Positions 14,201 to 25,340 of a DNA stretch of 64,000 nucleotides are shown in pieces. Source of the stretch: Ramazzottius varieornatus (Eukaryota > Animalia > Tardigrada); assembly GCA_001949185.1 (NCBI GenBank), contig BDGG01000004.1:3293267-3357266 (forward strand), given 5' to 3'. The translations under genes and the position numbers were made by a program. Position 1 is the first letter of the stretch. Every line of letters starts with the position of its first letter. Under the pieces are notes generated by a model. The model searched no databases. It saw nothing but the letters and a program-made list of their open reading frames with translations, and was not told where the DNA came from.

Positions 14201-17200
14201 ATATGATCTTACATCGCATTGATATTGAAAAACGGCGAGTAAGAACAGTTGACCAAACGCGAAAGTACAAAAGGACGCTAAATACGTAACTAATAAGAAC
14301 GTAAATTCCATGTGTTAATAATCGCTTTCTGTTTTACAGCGTATCGCAAGCCCGGTTGCCGCAGATATCCGAGTCGGACAGCACCGTAGCATGGCATGAA
14401 GATCCGGTTTTACAAAGACTGAGCGTTCTGGAGTGGATCGTTACCAACCTCCGCACATATTTCATGGTAAGTGGTGGTGGTGTATTTAATTTTCCTATAA
14501 AGATCCAAAACGACCTAGCCCGTTCACAGTAGCCTCACAGACGCCGGTTGTCTCGGACTTCCGCCGGAACAGTCGTTTCGAGCTGACCATTTCCTGGTTC
14601 TACGCTGTTGAGAAAGAGACGCACTGTCTATTTCACAACAATGTGTACCACGATTGTTTGGGAAAAATGGAGGGCAAAGTGAGGTTTCCGGTCGGTAAAC
14701 AGTTCGCGATCGACCGACCTTATCAGTCCGCGATTGCACCGCTGCCCAGCTGCGAAGAGTAGCCGATTATCAGGATAATTTCTCTTTATGATGGACCGCA
14801 AGGCGCTTTTATACTTGTTCGGTCTCGTCTGTGTGGTTCATATTTGCTTGCTTTCGGTCTATTTTAAATTTAATTTGTTTGCTTCCCGGGCCGCTTGTGC
14901 AGGGATGTGAGTAGGTCAGGGTCGGAACTGGGTTGAAGGTATCGACGGTAAACAGTCGGCAGGTGTTTCCCTGACAAAGTGGTCCAAGACCTCTTTTCTG
15001 CGCAGCAAACGTACGAAGGTTCTTCGATCGTTCTTTCGTGCTGTTGGCGACGAATTTGGATGAACGGTTAAGCTGAAGGATAAATTACGCTCGATATATG
15101 AATAACGCCCTGTGATCATCCATTATTGCCTATTTAAGTATTTCATTTTGCATATTAAATAGCCATGAGGCTTTGTTGACTGACGAGTCACGTTTCGACA
15201 GTATGGCGGAGATGAACTTTAATTCCATAAACGAGTCATTCTGCAGCTATGGTCAGCTTACCTGAGATCTTAGTGAGCAACTTGGGCACAAACCGTATTA
15301 TCATCCATCACTCTGACTCTTGTAGTGCCCAATTGATGACTTTCTAATTTGGCGGCTTGATTACAAACGTGATCAAAATAACGAACTCGATCAAGCAGTG
15401 ATATTTTTTGATATGCTTCAGGGTTTTCCCGTGAGACCACGTTGGGCATCGCTGACTTTTCACGTTCTGTGAACTTCGATATTCTAGATATTATTTCTAT
15501 CTGCCTGATTCAAACGCAGATGGAAGCTGGGCAGACAAACGTGCTTACGTGCAAGACCGCTTTTCCAAGTAGCGCGCATCCTACCAGCCTATAGTGACAA
15601 AAACGTGCGCCGCTTGAGATAACGATCTTGAACGTTTTCTTTCCCCAGCTCCCAAATCTTTCGAGATTTTGTCAGGAGCTTTAGCGGTATGATGCACGAG
15701 CGACCGTGGCTGAGGCCCTCGACCACGTAACGTTTCCTTGCGTCTTTCAAAATAGCCGCTGTAATGGGTTGTTGTGGCGGGTGGCTATGTTGTCTGCAGG
15801 ACAGGTTTTCGCCGAGGTCCAGTACGATACGCCAGTTTATTTGCGTAGAAGAGCCCACATGATAGATTGAGCGAGGAGGTAGCAATGATTTTATTACTGT
15901 GTACCGGCCTGTCGTGTTTTTTATCCGCCCTCTTTGTTCGCGATGACAATAAGGGTATCAAGCACTTTGGGAAAGATCGATGAAGCGATTACACCATGTG
16001 TGCTTTGTTAACTTCTGTTGGTCACCATCGCGATCGCCTTTGTTGTCCCGCACCGGATGGGTTATTAAATTGATAAAATATTGTTCGTCCAAACTTTGGT
16101 GAACGGACTGACTAGCGATCGGTGTCTCAACGAACTTCTATTATCAGTTTAGATACAACCTGCACGGCAATGCTTTCGTGTGCACGTCAGCATCAAAGTT
16201 AATCAGTTCCAAAGGATGGTTTCTAATCGCGTTAATAATTGCAGTAATTTGATTTGCTTCTAGACATTGCTTCCAAGGCTGCTGGACGTTCAGCGTACTT
16301 CGGTTCAGTTCCCAGTCTAATTATTTTTGACAGGTTTTCACGTCTTGACATATTTTGATGTACTATACACCGTTACGAATACCGTTAAGTTCGCAACTTT
16401 GCATTGTTCGGTGCCCCGGCTAACTTAAGCTTGTCCTCGTGTACCACGCTAGAACAGTTCTGTTTGACGGGTTGGTATGAGATAGGGTTTCCCCGCACGT
16501 GCGCCGGTTACTGTAAGGTCCTTGATGTTACGGTGTCGAGTTGTTCGAAGAGGTACCTGTGCTGTGGTAAGTGTAGTTCCAATATAGACCAAAGTAAAAA
16601 TGGCCATACTGTAAAGCAACAAGTGGAACTGATGGACAGCTTGAACTATCTTGACACGGACAGTGACGATGGAAGTGTGAAAAAACGCATCGCAAGCGTA
16701 GAGTAAAAAATTCCGATGTGCAGATGCATGCAGCTACAGCTTTTTTGCCGGGGAAGAACACAAGCGCTTTTTCCATTTCACTGTCGTATCTTTCTAGCCT
16801 GGTGACAAAAGCCGGTATTTTTTTGAAGTAGTAATTTTGCTGATGATACGGTTGTGCTTCCAAAGTGAGGCCATGCGCGGAAGACTGTGTTGATTCTTCT
16901 CACAGAGACAGCGCCCATCAATTACAAAATCTAAGTTCAAACAAGATATGCTCAACGCATCAAAGCACATGAATTATGAGTTCAAAATCTTACGTATTCC
17001 AAAGTCGATAAGTTTACACTGTGGACATTTGTCAGGTTCTAGTCACAAATCAAGACCATGGCGAGAACAAACCGACGTCTTCCGGCTCTCCCTCTTTGGG
17101 AACCAAAAGTCAAACGCCTTCACACGCTGAATGTCGAAATGGCGAAAGCTGATTTGTACATTGACACACTCAGAGTTACAGTGGAACCAAGAGGCAAACC

Positions 17201-20200
17201 TGCAAACTCGATTATTAAACGATTATGCTGTAAATTGGTTACGGCGAGGTTCCGTTTTGGATCTTCAGTTAAGCTTTTGGTTTTCAGTGTCATCTGTAGC
17301 CTTCCGGACTGTAATATTTTCCTTTTCTCAGGATGTTCTGGGTCAGATCATGATAATGCGATGTCCGGATATTCTCTTTATGTCCCAGTTCCCCGATGCC
17401 GGTACGTTGCAACACATATGGTACTTTTCCTCTTCGACAATGCACTCATCTGTGGTTCATGCTTGTACCACTTGACGGGTTTATCCGCTTACAGTACGGT
17501 CCGTGTCCGCCGTATCATGTAATGTCCTTATACTGTTGCAGATCACAGTGCCAAAGAAATGCGGAAACTGCTCCTATTAATTCTGGGCTTTGCTGTGCAA
17601 AGTGGGCGCAAGGAGCAGATTATCGAGCGGATTCAGAGCATGGAGGAAGATGCCCAGAAGGACATTGTCGAGTGCATCAAAGAGGTTTGTACAGCTGAGG
17701 TCGTTATTAATCAACAGCCATATGTTTCACGTCTTTGCACAAGCTCCTTGAGCTGGTTACCACTTGTAACGTTGACTCTTACACTGAATAGGTGACGGAT
17801 AATCCGGAACTTGTCGAGCTTACAGACCATAACGTTGTCGACGGTGAAGAGCCAGGCCTTCTTCGTATCACTCGCCAGCATGTGAAGAGTCTCCTCAGAG
17901 ACCGCGAAACCCTTATCAAGGTACGAGCTCGTAAAAACATACTCACAACCAAAATTAGCTGTCTCTGACATGTTATTATGATCTTTTACAGCTCGCGCTA
18001 TCGCTCTGGCGAGAAAAACGTGAAGTGCAACATCAGACTTTGAATGATCTGCACAAACGCGGAGGACTAACCTCGAGTCACCACTCTGTTGAGATAGCGG
18101 ACCACAAATCACAGATCCGAAAAATCACTCAAGAACTGTAAGCAAAAAGTATCCTTTTTGTCCACGATCTTGCACTCATCCATCAAGGTACTTTTCTGTA
18201 GGTACGATGTCGGAGAAGAACTCAAAGACTGCAAGGAAGAACTGAAGACTGCGTACTCCGCCCTTGATGTACTGAAGAACGAAAATACCGAGCTAAATAA
18301 AGAACGCGGGCTGGTGAAAGTTTACAGAGACGAACTGGACGTCCTTTACGAAAAAGTACGTTCATGATTTCAGTGGAAATTTTCCATGTCGGACACAAAA
18401 AGCTTTGGTGATTTCAAGCAAGTACCTTTGCAGGAGAAGCATTCGTTCAAGCTTGAGGCTGAGCTTTCTCGCTGCCGTGGCCAGCTCGTCGAGTTGGAGT
18501 ACCACAAAAACAGGATCGAAGAGCTGGAGCAAAACCTGCAACTGCTCAACGACACCAAGAACCTACTAGAGGCCCAGTTAGAGTCCGTACGGAAAAGAAC
18601 AGAGCTGATCCCTCAGCTGGAGAAAGACTTGTCCTTGGTGCGGTCCAACTTGCAGGACGCCTTGCTGGACAATAACGTCCAAGGTGATCAGCTGAAAGAC
18701 CTAGAGATCAAGAACGCGCAGCTGTCCTTGGAGCTACAGAGGTTTCAACGACGCAGCGATGCAGATGGCGCTGTCGACGGAGAAGAACACGGTGATTCCG
18801 GTGACAGTTAACTTTTTCCGTAGTCTACACGGTTCTGTGCTGTAAGTGCTGTATTTTCCTTAGACAATCTTCAAACTGGACTGTCGCTATCCGATCAGCT
18901 GCAAGAAAGCCTGCTGTCCAAAGTACTTCGCTTGGAAGGCGAGAACGAAAAGCTAACAGCCGCGTTGAAGGCAGGAGACTACTATAACGCTGCGTGTCGC
19001 CACTGCTCCGAGAAAGATTCCGCTGTGAGCACCTTACATACCGAAGATGCCTTCAGCTCGAGTTCTTCGGCAGAGACAGACCGCGACCGCCATCTCGAAG
19101 ACAACTCCGACCACGCATCTCACGAGTTCCTAAACTACATTCCTGATAAGCTCAGCACCCAACCTCGAAGCAGCGAGGACTCGGATATGCAATACCTGAA
19201 AGAGCAGAACGCTTACCTCAAGGCGGAAGTAGCTGCGCTGAGGGGAACCGTCCAGCAGTATGAGAAGCTGGAAGTGAAACTCGCGGAAAGCCGCCACAGC
19301 GAAGTGCTTGCCAAAAGACAGCTTTACGAGGCTGAAGAAAGAATACGCGATTTGAAGGAACAGGAAAGGCTTGCCGAAAGCGAGAAACTAAAAGTGAGTC
19401 TTGCAGCTGAATGGTACCAGAAACCTTTTCTTGATACCATATGGTAGCTGCCAGTTATTCCATCTGTATGGTAGGTCAGCAAGCTACAAGACGAAGTGCA
19501 GTGTCTGCGGACGGAGAAAGACATTCAAGAAACCAAAAACCAAGCACTGCAAGAGGAACATCGGAATAACGACCAAGAGTTGAAGAGGCTGAATCGGGTT
19601 TGTCAGAACAAAGAACTCGCCTTAGTGGAACTGCAAAAGACCTTGGACGAGGTCGAAGTGTCCCTCCTTGCAGCACATGAGAAAGCCCAACAGAGTTCAA
19701 TAACAGCCGAAAAGGTTGCCGCTCTTGAAGCTCAGCAGAGTTTGTGGACACAAGAAGTAGAGCTCTCTTCGTCGAACATAGCCGAACTGGAAGACCAGCT
19801 GAGTAAGCAGAAACAGCTCTCAACGAAGGACCGACAGTGCTTGGACCAGGTGGTCAAATTCCTTTCTCAGACTGGTGTGGTCTTCCCGGACAACTTTGAA
19901 AGGCTTGAAGGAGCTGAGAAAGGGGCAGCTCTGAATGACATCCTGTCCGAGGTAGTAGCCAGATCCGAACAGCAAGCTCTCGCGATGAGCCATGACGTTA
20001 TTAGGTCCGAGCTGGAAATCCTGAGGAAAGAACATGAGTTGCTGAAGAAGAGCCACGAACAGGACGTGCTGAGAGTTCGAGGAAATCCACCAGGTGACTT
20101 CATCAAACGAAAGCATAAATTTTACAAAACTATACTTTTCACATTATAAGCTGTGTTGTATACATAATCATGTACTAATCTAGTTATTGTGAAATTTAGG

Positions 20201-22609
20201 TCCTTCCAGCATATCGATTGAAGCGACCTGCACAAGCGCAGAGCTGGAGAAGGTCCGGACATTGGAAACGGAAGTTGATAGTCTGAAGCGAAAGCTGTCT
20301 GAGACCACTTCCCTGTTGTCCTCAGCCAGGTCCCAGGAAGAAAGGCTGGCTTCAGCTAAGCGTACTCTCCAAACTGACTGCAGCCATCTGGAAAGCCAGA
20401 ATGCGAGTCTGCGAGCCGAAGTACGATCCTTCCAGTCCCAGAATAGTGATTTGAAGTCTAGGCTAAAGTCCCAAGAGAAGAAGACCGAGAGTTTAATCAA
20501 GGCTATAGAGAAGTCCCAAGAAGCCCACAGCTCCGTCATTGCGGACCACGAAATGCTCCAGAAGTTTCATGCAGAATTGAACGAAGATTACGAGAAGCTG
20601 GTGAAAGAGTTCGGCGTCACGAAGAGTAACAACAAGAAGCTGACGCTGGATTTGGACATTGCGCGACAAGAAGTGGCCAAAGCTGAACGAGACGCTGCGG
20701 AAAGACCACGGCGGGATTCGGATAGAGTGAGGCTGGAAAGACTGCAGAGGCTGGAGAAGGAGTACGAGAGCCTGCAGACGGAGAATGAGGTCCTTCGGAA
20801 GAATAACCGCAAGCTGGGTGATAGTTACCGCGTCCTGACCGAAACCACCCAGACCCAAGTAACGGAAATCAATCAGCTCAAACTGGAAAAGATCGAGTAT
20901 GAAGGAATGGTATATGACTGTAAGAATCAAGTGCAAAACAAGGAAATCGAAGCTGACAAACATACCGAGGTAACTACATAGAGAGAAAATGTCTCGTGAC
21001 GTCATCGCGGAATAACGTCACAGCGAAATGATTTTATTTCCTTGATATCATAGTATTCATGTCTAACTTGAGTTACAAAAGTAGCAACGTTCGCTGTACT
21101 GCCTGTTTTTGAAGGGACAATTCTTCTTTTACAGATTCTTCTTGGTATCATCGCTGCTCTCGAAGACGACAAGCGGTCTATTGCAGCTGCCATGGAACGT
21201 CTGATCTCTCAATACGATGAGATTTTCACGCTGTCGTGGAGGGAGATGCAAAGCGAACGAAAGGAGTTACAGTAAGTACAGTACGAGTAGTAGTAGACAC
21301 TGTTACAGACGACCGTGTACATGTATCAGGAAGTACGGTATAGTTAACATAGTGTCACTGGTTTTCACTCTTTAGGGACAAGCTACAAGCGCTGAACACC
21401 CAGAAAGAGCTGCTCATCCAAAAGCTCTATGACACGTTCAAGAGTACGGAAGCTCGGCGTCGGAGTATGGGCTTCCTTAAGCGGGTTCGAAGAGCGGCGG
21501 AAGAACTAGTAGGTCGCAGCCGTAGTCGGTCTCGAACACGTGGCGCCATCAGTCCCTCTGACAGCATGGCCGACTCTTCATCCGTAGAGTCCAACGGAGG
21601 ATCCGAGCAAAAAAGTACACAGTTTGAAAAATTTTCTTTATTTATAAGAGAAATTTTGTGTCAGGATGAGCAAGCTTATTTTCCTGTAGGAAACCCAGTG
21701 CATTCCAAGAGTTTGTATTCCTTGAAGAGCAGCAAGAACCTAACTCGAGACAGCCTGCCATCGAGTTATTCTTCGGACGATCTCCGCAAGCAGAGCTCGA
21801 GCGCTTCTTCGGCCTGTATCTCCCCGACTGAAATGTCCACCTCGGGTCGACCTCTCGACAGCACAGATGGCAGGACGCCTTCCGTCACCCCACAAGATGG
21901 CGCCAAATGTCTGTCGACTTCGTCGGACATGTCGTCGTCCTTCCATCGGGTGGGCTCACGGCGAGGTGTTTACGAACCTTCGCACTACGCCACTGTCGTA
22001 GTCCATCACAAAGCCATCAACTCTTCAACACCACCAACAGCACAGCCGGTGATGACCACCAAGTCGGACAAGAAGAACTGTTGTACCTCTTACGGTGGCT
22101 ACCACGACTGTTCCATGCTGAATCACGCGCGCCTTTCCACCACCAGTGCCCTGACGAATAACTCACCTACTCCGTCCATACTTCGAAACAGCGCTACCGA
22201 CTCTTCCGATAAACGCGTAGTTAAAGCCCAGCCTCATTCTCTCGTGAACGGGACGAGCAGCCCAGGTCTGGATGAACTGAATAAACGCGCCATCAGAACA
22301 CCCACAGTATCCAGGTACCGTAACGCAGAAAGCAGTGTTTTTGAAGTCTGGCTAATTGTTGTATTGATTTGCAGGATGAGTTCGGTTTCGGACACCAACA
22401 GAGACCAGTTGACGCCCACTCGGTCCATGCCTACTCCAGTGGACCAGCACGTTTCCTCTTCACCTTCACAGCAGGGTTCTATGGTCTATGCGGCGAGGCG
22501 TTACTTGACGCCAACAGGGAACTCGGTCAGCAGTCCGCTGAATGCTTCTTCTCCCCTCAAGACAATCGACGGAAATGCGGAAGCTTGGTTTGAATATGGT
22601 TGTGTCTGA
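11242..22609 (+). CDS. Girdin: Girdin/Daple (CCDC88 family HOOK-related coiled-coil protein)
   Basis: Exon1 11242-11319 (MSSLWPVEPSGDFCIQQFRKSSLVKW), exon2 11393-11487 (..VEFLRDILREI), exon3 14340-14466 (..LQRLSVLEWIVTNLRTYFM), exon4 from 17332 (DVLGQIMIMRCPD), then KEMRKLLLLILGFAVQSGRKEQIIERIQ (HOOK domain), VKVYRDELDVLYEK, a long coiled coil, a Ser-rich tail and C-terminal WFEYGCV*. Intron phases are consistent. Confidence 0.92.
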
Positions 22610-23662
22610 TTAGGTTCGTCGATGGAGCGATATTGTTACAAATGCATGAAACGGTGCGAACTTCCGGACGCTCTTTTTGGTCTGAAGCTTTTACACTGAG
22701 ATGAGAATGTGATTGATCTGATGCCAGAATGTTCCTGAGGAACCCTTTTTTGTTTTCAAACACTTTCACTAGTGATACGATAGCAGTTATCTTTATTTCT
22801 AGGTCCATTAGCGGATTCTTGTAGTTAATTTGCAGGAAGAGCCTGGACCTTTGTATAAAAGCTAACCGTGTTACTTTTATTTTTTTTTAGTGTCTCGTAA
22901 CCGAAGCTTCTCGTAGTAGTTCCGCGTTTAGAACTGAATACTGGGTTGGAATTTGCCTCTGCAAAGTTTGTACCGGGACTAATTGCAGTTCATACCGCCA
23001 ACATGTTTTTCCACCGGGTCAGAACACAGATTTTGTCAACGCGGAGAAAGCCCCAGATGCGAAAATTTAATACCTGTTCGGGATTCAATGATCAAGCGTA
23101 CATACCTCTCATAGATTCTGTCGGTGAGAAGGACCTTCCAGTGGCTTCTTAGCACAAATAGGAACAGGCTTCCGAGCAGCAGCTCTAATCGATCGTTAAG
23201 GTAGTTAGCGGTGTAGTCTAGAAGACTGCCGCCTCGAGCGTGATCATCTGTCATCTTATTGTCAACAACTGCGCTTATGCTCGAAAGAGAAAATATGGTC
23301 GCCGTCGATGATCAGGTCAACTTTTGCCAACCGAATATGTCTTGTGACAGCCACTAATAATTGCACTTGACAGTGCAGGTATGGATATGCGTACAGCAAT
23401 ACAGTCTTTGCAGTGTTTGGTAGAGTAAAAGTTCTTGTCCATGCCCACATGCCATATTGAATGTCAAATCGAAACGATTTGTTCCCGTCAGTTTATGGTA
23501 CTCGAACCTCGATCAGCACCGTCACGAATTTTATGAGAATTTGCCTTGTAGCTTCGTAAGCATCGTCATAAACGATAGACTTGATCACAAATCTTTCGTT
23601 GAGGTCTTTCCGCCCAACTTTCTTGTCTTGATTACTGCTGCTCCTTGCTTATAATCTACCCA

Positions 23663-24602
23663 ATGGACAAGCTGAAAACAGTCAAATCTATACCCTTGAA
23701 GTTTGGCATCGATGAGATACTGAATATTCATGAGGACGAACGGCAAAGACCCACATCTGCCTTTGCTGGCGAACAGCAAGATGATCATAGTTATGGTGAT
23801 GACGTCAAGAAGGATATCGCCCATATATACGGCCGTCAGATTACCTTTCCGGCGCCTGTGCACCTTTTTCAGCTGTATTCGAAGAGCTGCGCAGAATTCT
23901 GGAATGCTAGCAGAGGTCTTTCCGTGGCCTGTCCTCCAAGCAAGCGCTCTTATTCAGCCTGATTAATATTTGAAAACTATAAATTACAAAAAAAGGTTCC
24001 GGTCAGATTGCTATAATTTGGAAGCGACTAGAGCTTTATTATTTCATATCTGAATACATGAGTGAATCCAACTTCTGACCACGACGAAAGGTCATCCATA
24101 ATGTTTTTGCTTTTCAGTCACAGCATACGACCAATATGACTCGATGCGTCCTATCGGTCCGCAGATGCCCTCCATCGTACAAAGAGTTCCTCTGTCCGTC
24201 TCGTTCCGGAAAGATGCCTCCGCGGACCAAACGGCCGACAACCCAACAGTAGCTATCCGGTCCGGAAAACGGAAAAAGTCTTGGACACGCGCCGTGTTCT
24301 CCAGCCTCCAAAGGAAAGGTCTAGAGCGCAGTTTCACAGCACAGCAGTACATCAGCAAAAAGGACCGTCGAAAGCTCGCCGCCACTTTAGGATTATCTGA
24401 TGCCCAGGTACCCATCTGTAACGTCCCTTGTCGGCAACTGTTTTACTACTTTATTCTCTCACCTTTTCTTCTTCCGCTTTCCTGTAATTGTAAAATGGAC
24501 AAAACAGCTTACCGAGTTTGTCGTCTACAGGTTAGAATTTGGTACGCCAACCGAAGAATGAAAGCCAAGAAGGTCCTCACGAACAAACCCGAAGAGTGCT
24601 GA
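23663..24602 (+). CDS. HLX: H2.0-like (HLX) homeobox transcription factor with divergent recognition helix
   Basis: N-terminal eh1 motif LKFGIDEILN. Homeodomain KSWTRAVFSSLQRKGLERSFTAQQYISKKDRRKLAATLGLSDAQ|VRIWYANRRMKAKK with an intron at the canonical Q44/V45 position (24408-24530). The SWxRAVFSxLQRKGLE N-arm/helix 1 is diagnostic of Hlx. The exon1 donor (~23916) is weak. Confidence 0.85.
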
Positions 24603-25340
24603 AAAAGGCCTCTAGTACTACGTGACTTTCTGAGTTGCGACCGGCTGCCGACGTTGAATTTTTTGTATCGCAATTGTTCACTGTCGTGGGACCGGTAGTA
24701 TAGTTTCCAACTGGCGCTATTAGGAGGAAATTCTTTTCCCTAACCGAAGTACTAAACGTGAAATTCCGTGATCCGTTTGTGAGTTGCAGGTTTTTGCGGC
24801 CTTGATGTGGGAAGTAAACATGTTTGCCTTTTTAAAGTATCTTGAGAACAGCTCAACAAGTTGAGCGCGGAGATGGACGACAACGACGGGCGGTCTTTAG
24901 CGCCTGTCATCGTAGCTGAAACCATGTTGGGCTTGTGATGCGAGATTAGCTCGTTAGAGAAGCTCCGGCACAGTTGGAGTTCATAGATATCAGTAACAAC
25001 ACAGTTTACCTGTAGGTGAAAATCATATTAGTTATCAATACGCGAACCGGCTCGCACCTTCTGGGTGGCCTTCTCTTGGCCGCACAGGCCGACGAAATCA
25101 CGAGCGCTTTCTTAGAGTACTGTGCATATTATGCCGCTTTATTGTGTAGTCTCCGTCTCACAAATCGGCGCAAAAGCGTAACAGGAAAGCGCATTTTTTT
25201 ACCAAATAACACGTTGAACCATAAGAAATTAAAATTAAAATTTCGCTGCCAGTAAGCTCTTCGAAAGTAAAATAAGCCACTCCCACTTAAGTCTGATTTA
25301 TTCAATGAGCAGATAAAACAGTATGAGTCTATCGAGTCTC

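Noticed and set aside
17058-17522. ORF beginning MARTNRR, reminiscent of histone H3
   Set aside because: Similarity ends after four residues, there is no histone fold, and it overlaps Girdin exon 4 out of frame.
18149-18158. GTATCCTTT resembling a U12-type 5' splice site in Girdin
   Set aside because: Frame and homology (HSVEIADHKSQIRKITQEL) are satisfied by the canonical CT|gtaagc donor 11 nt upstream.
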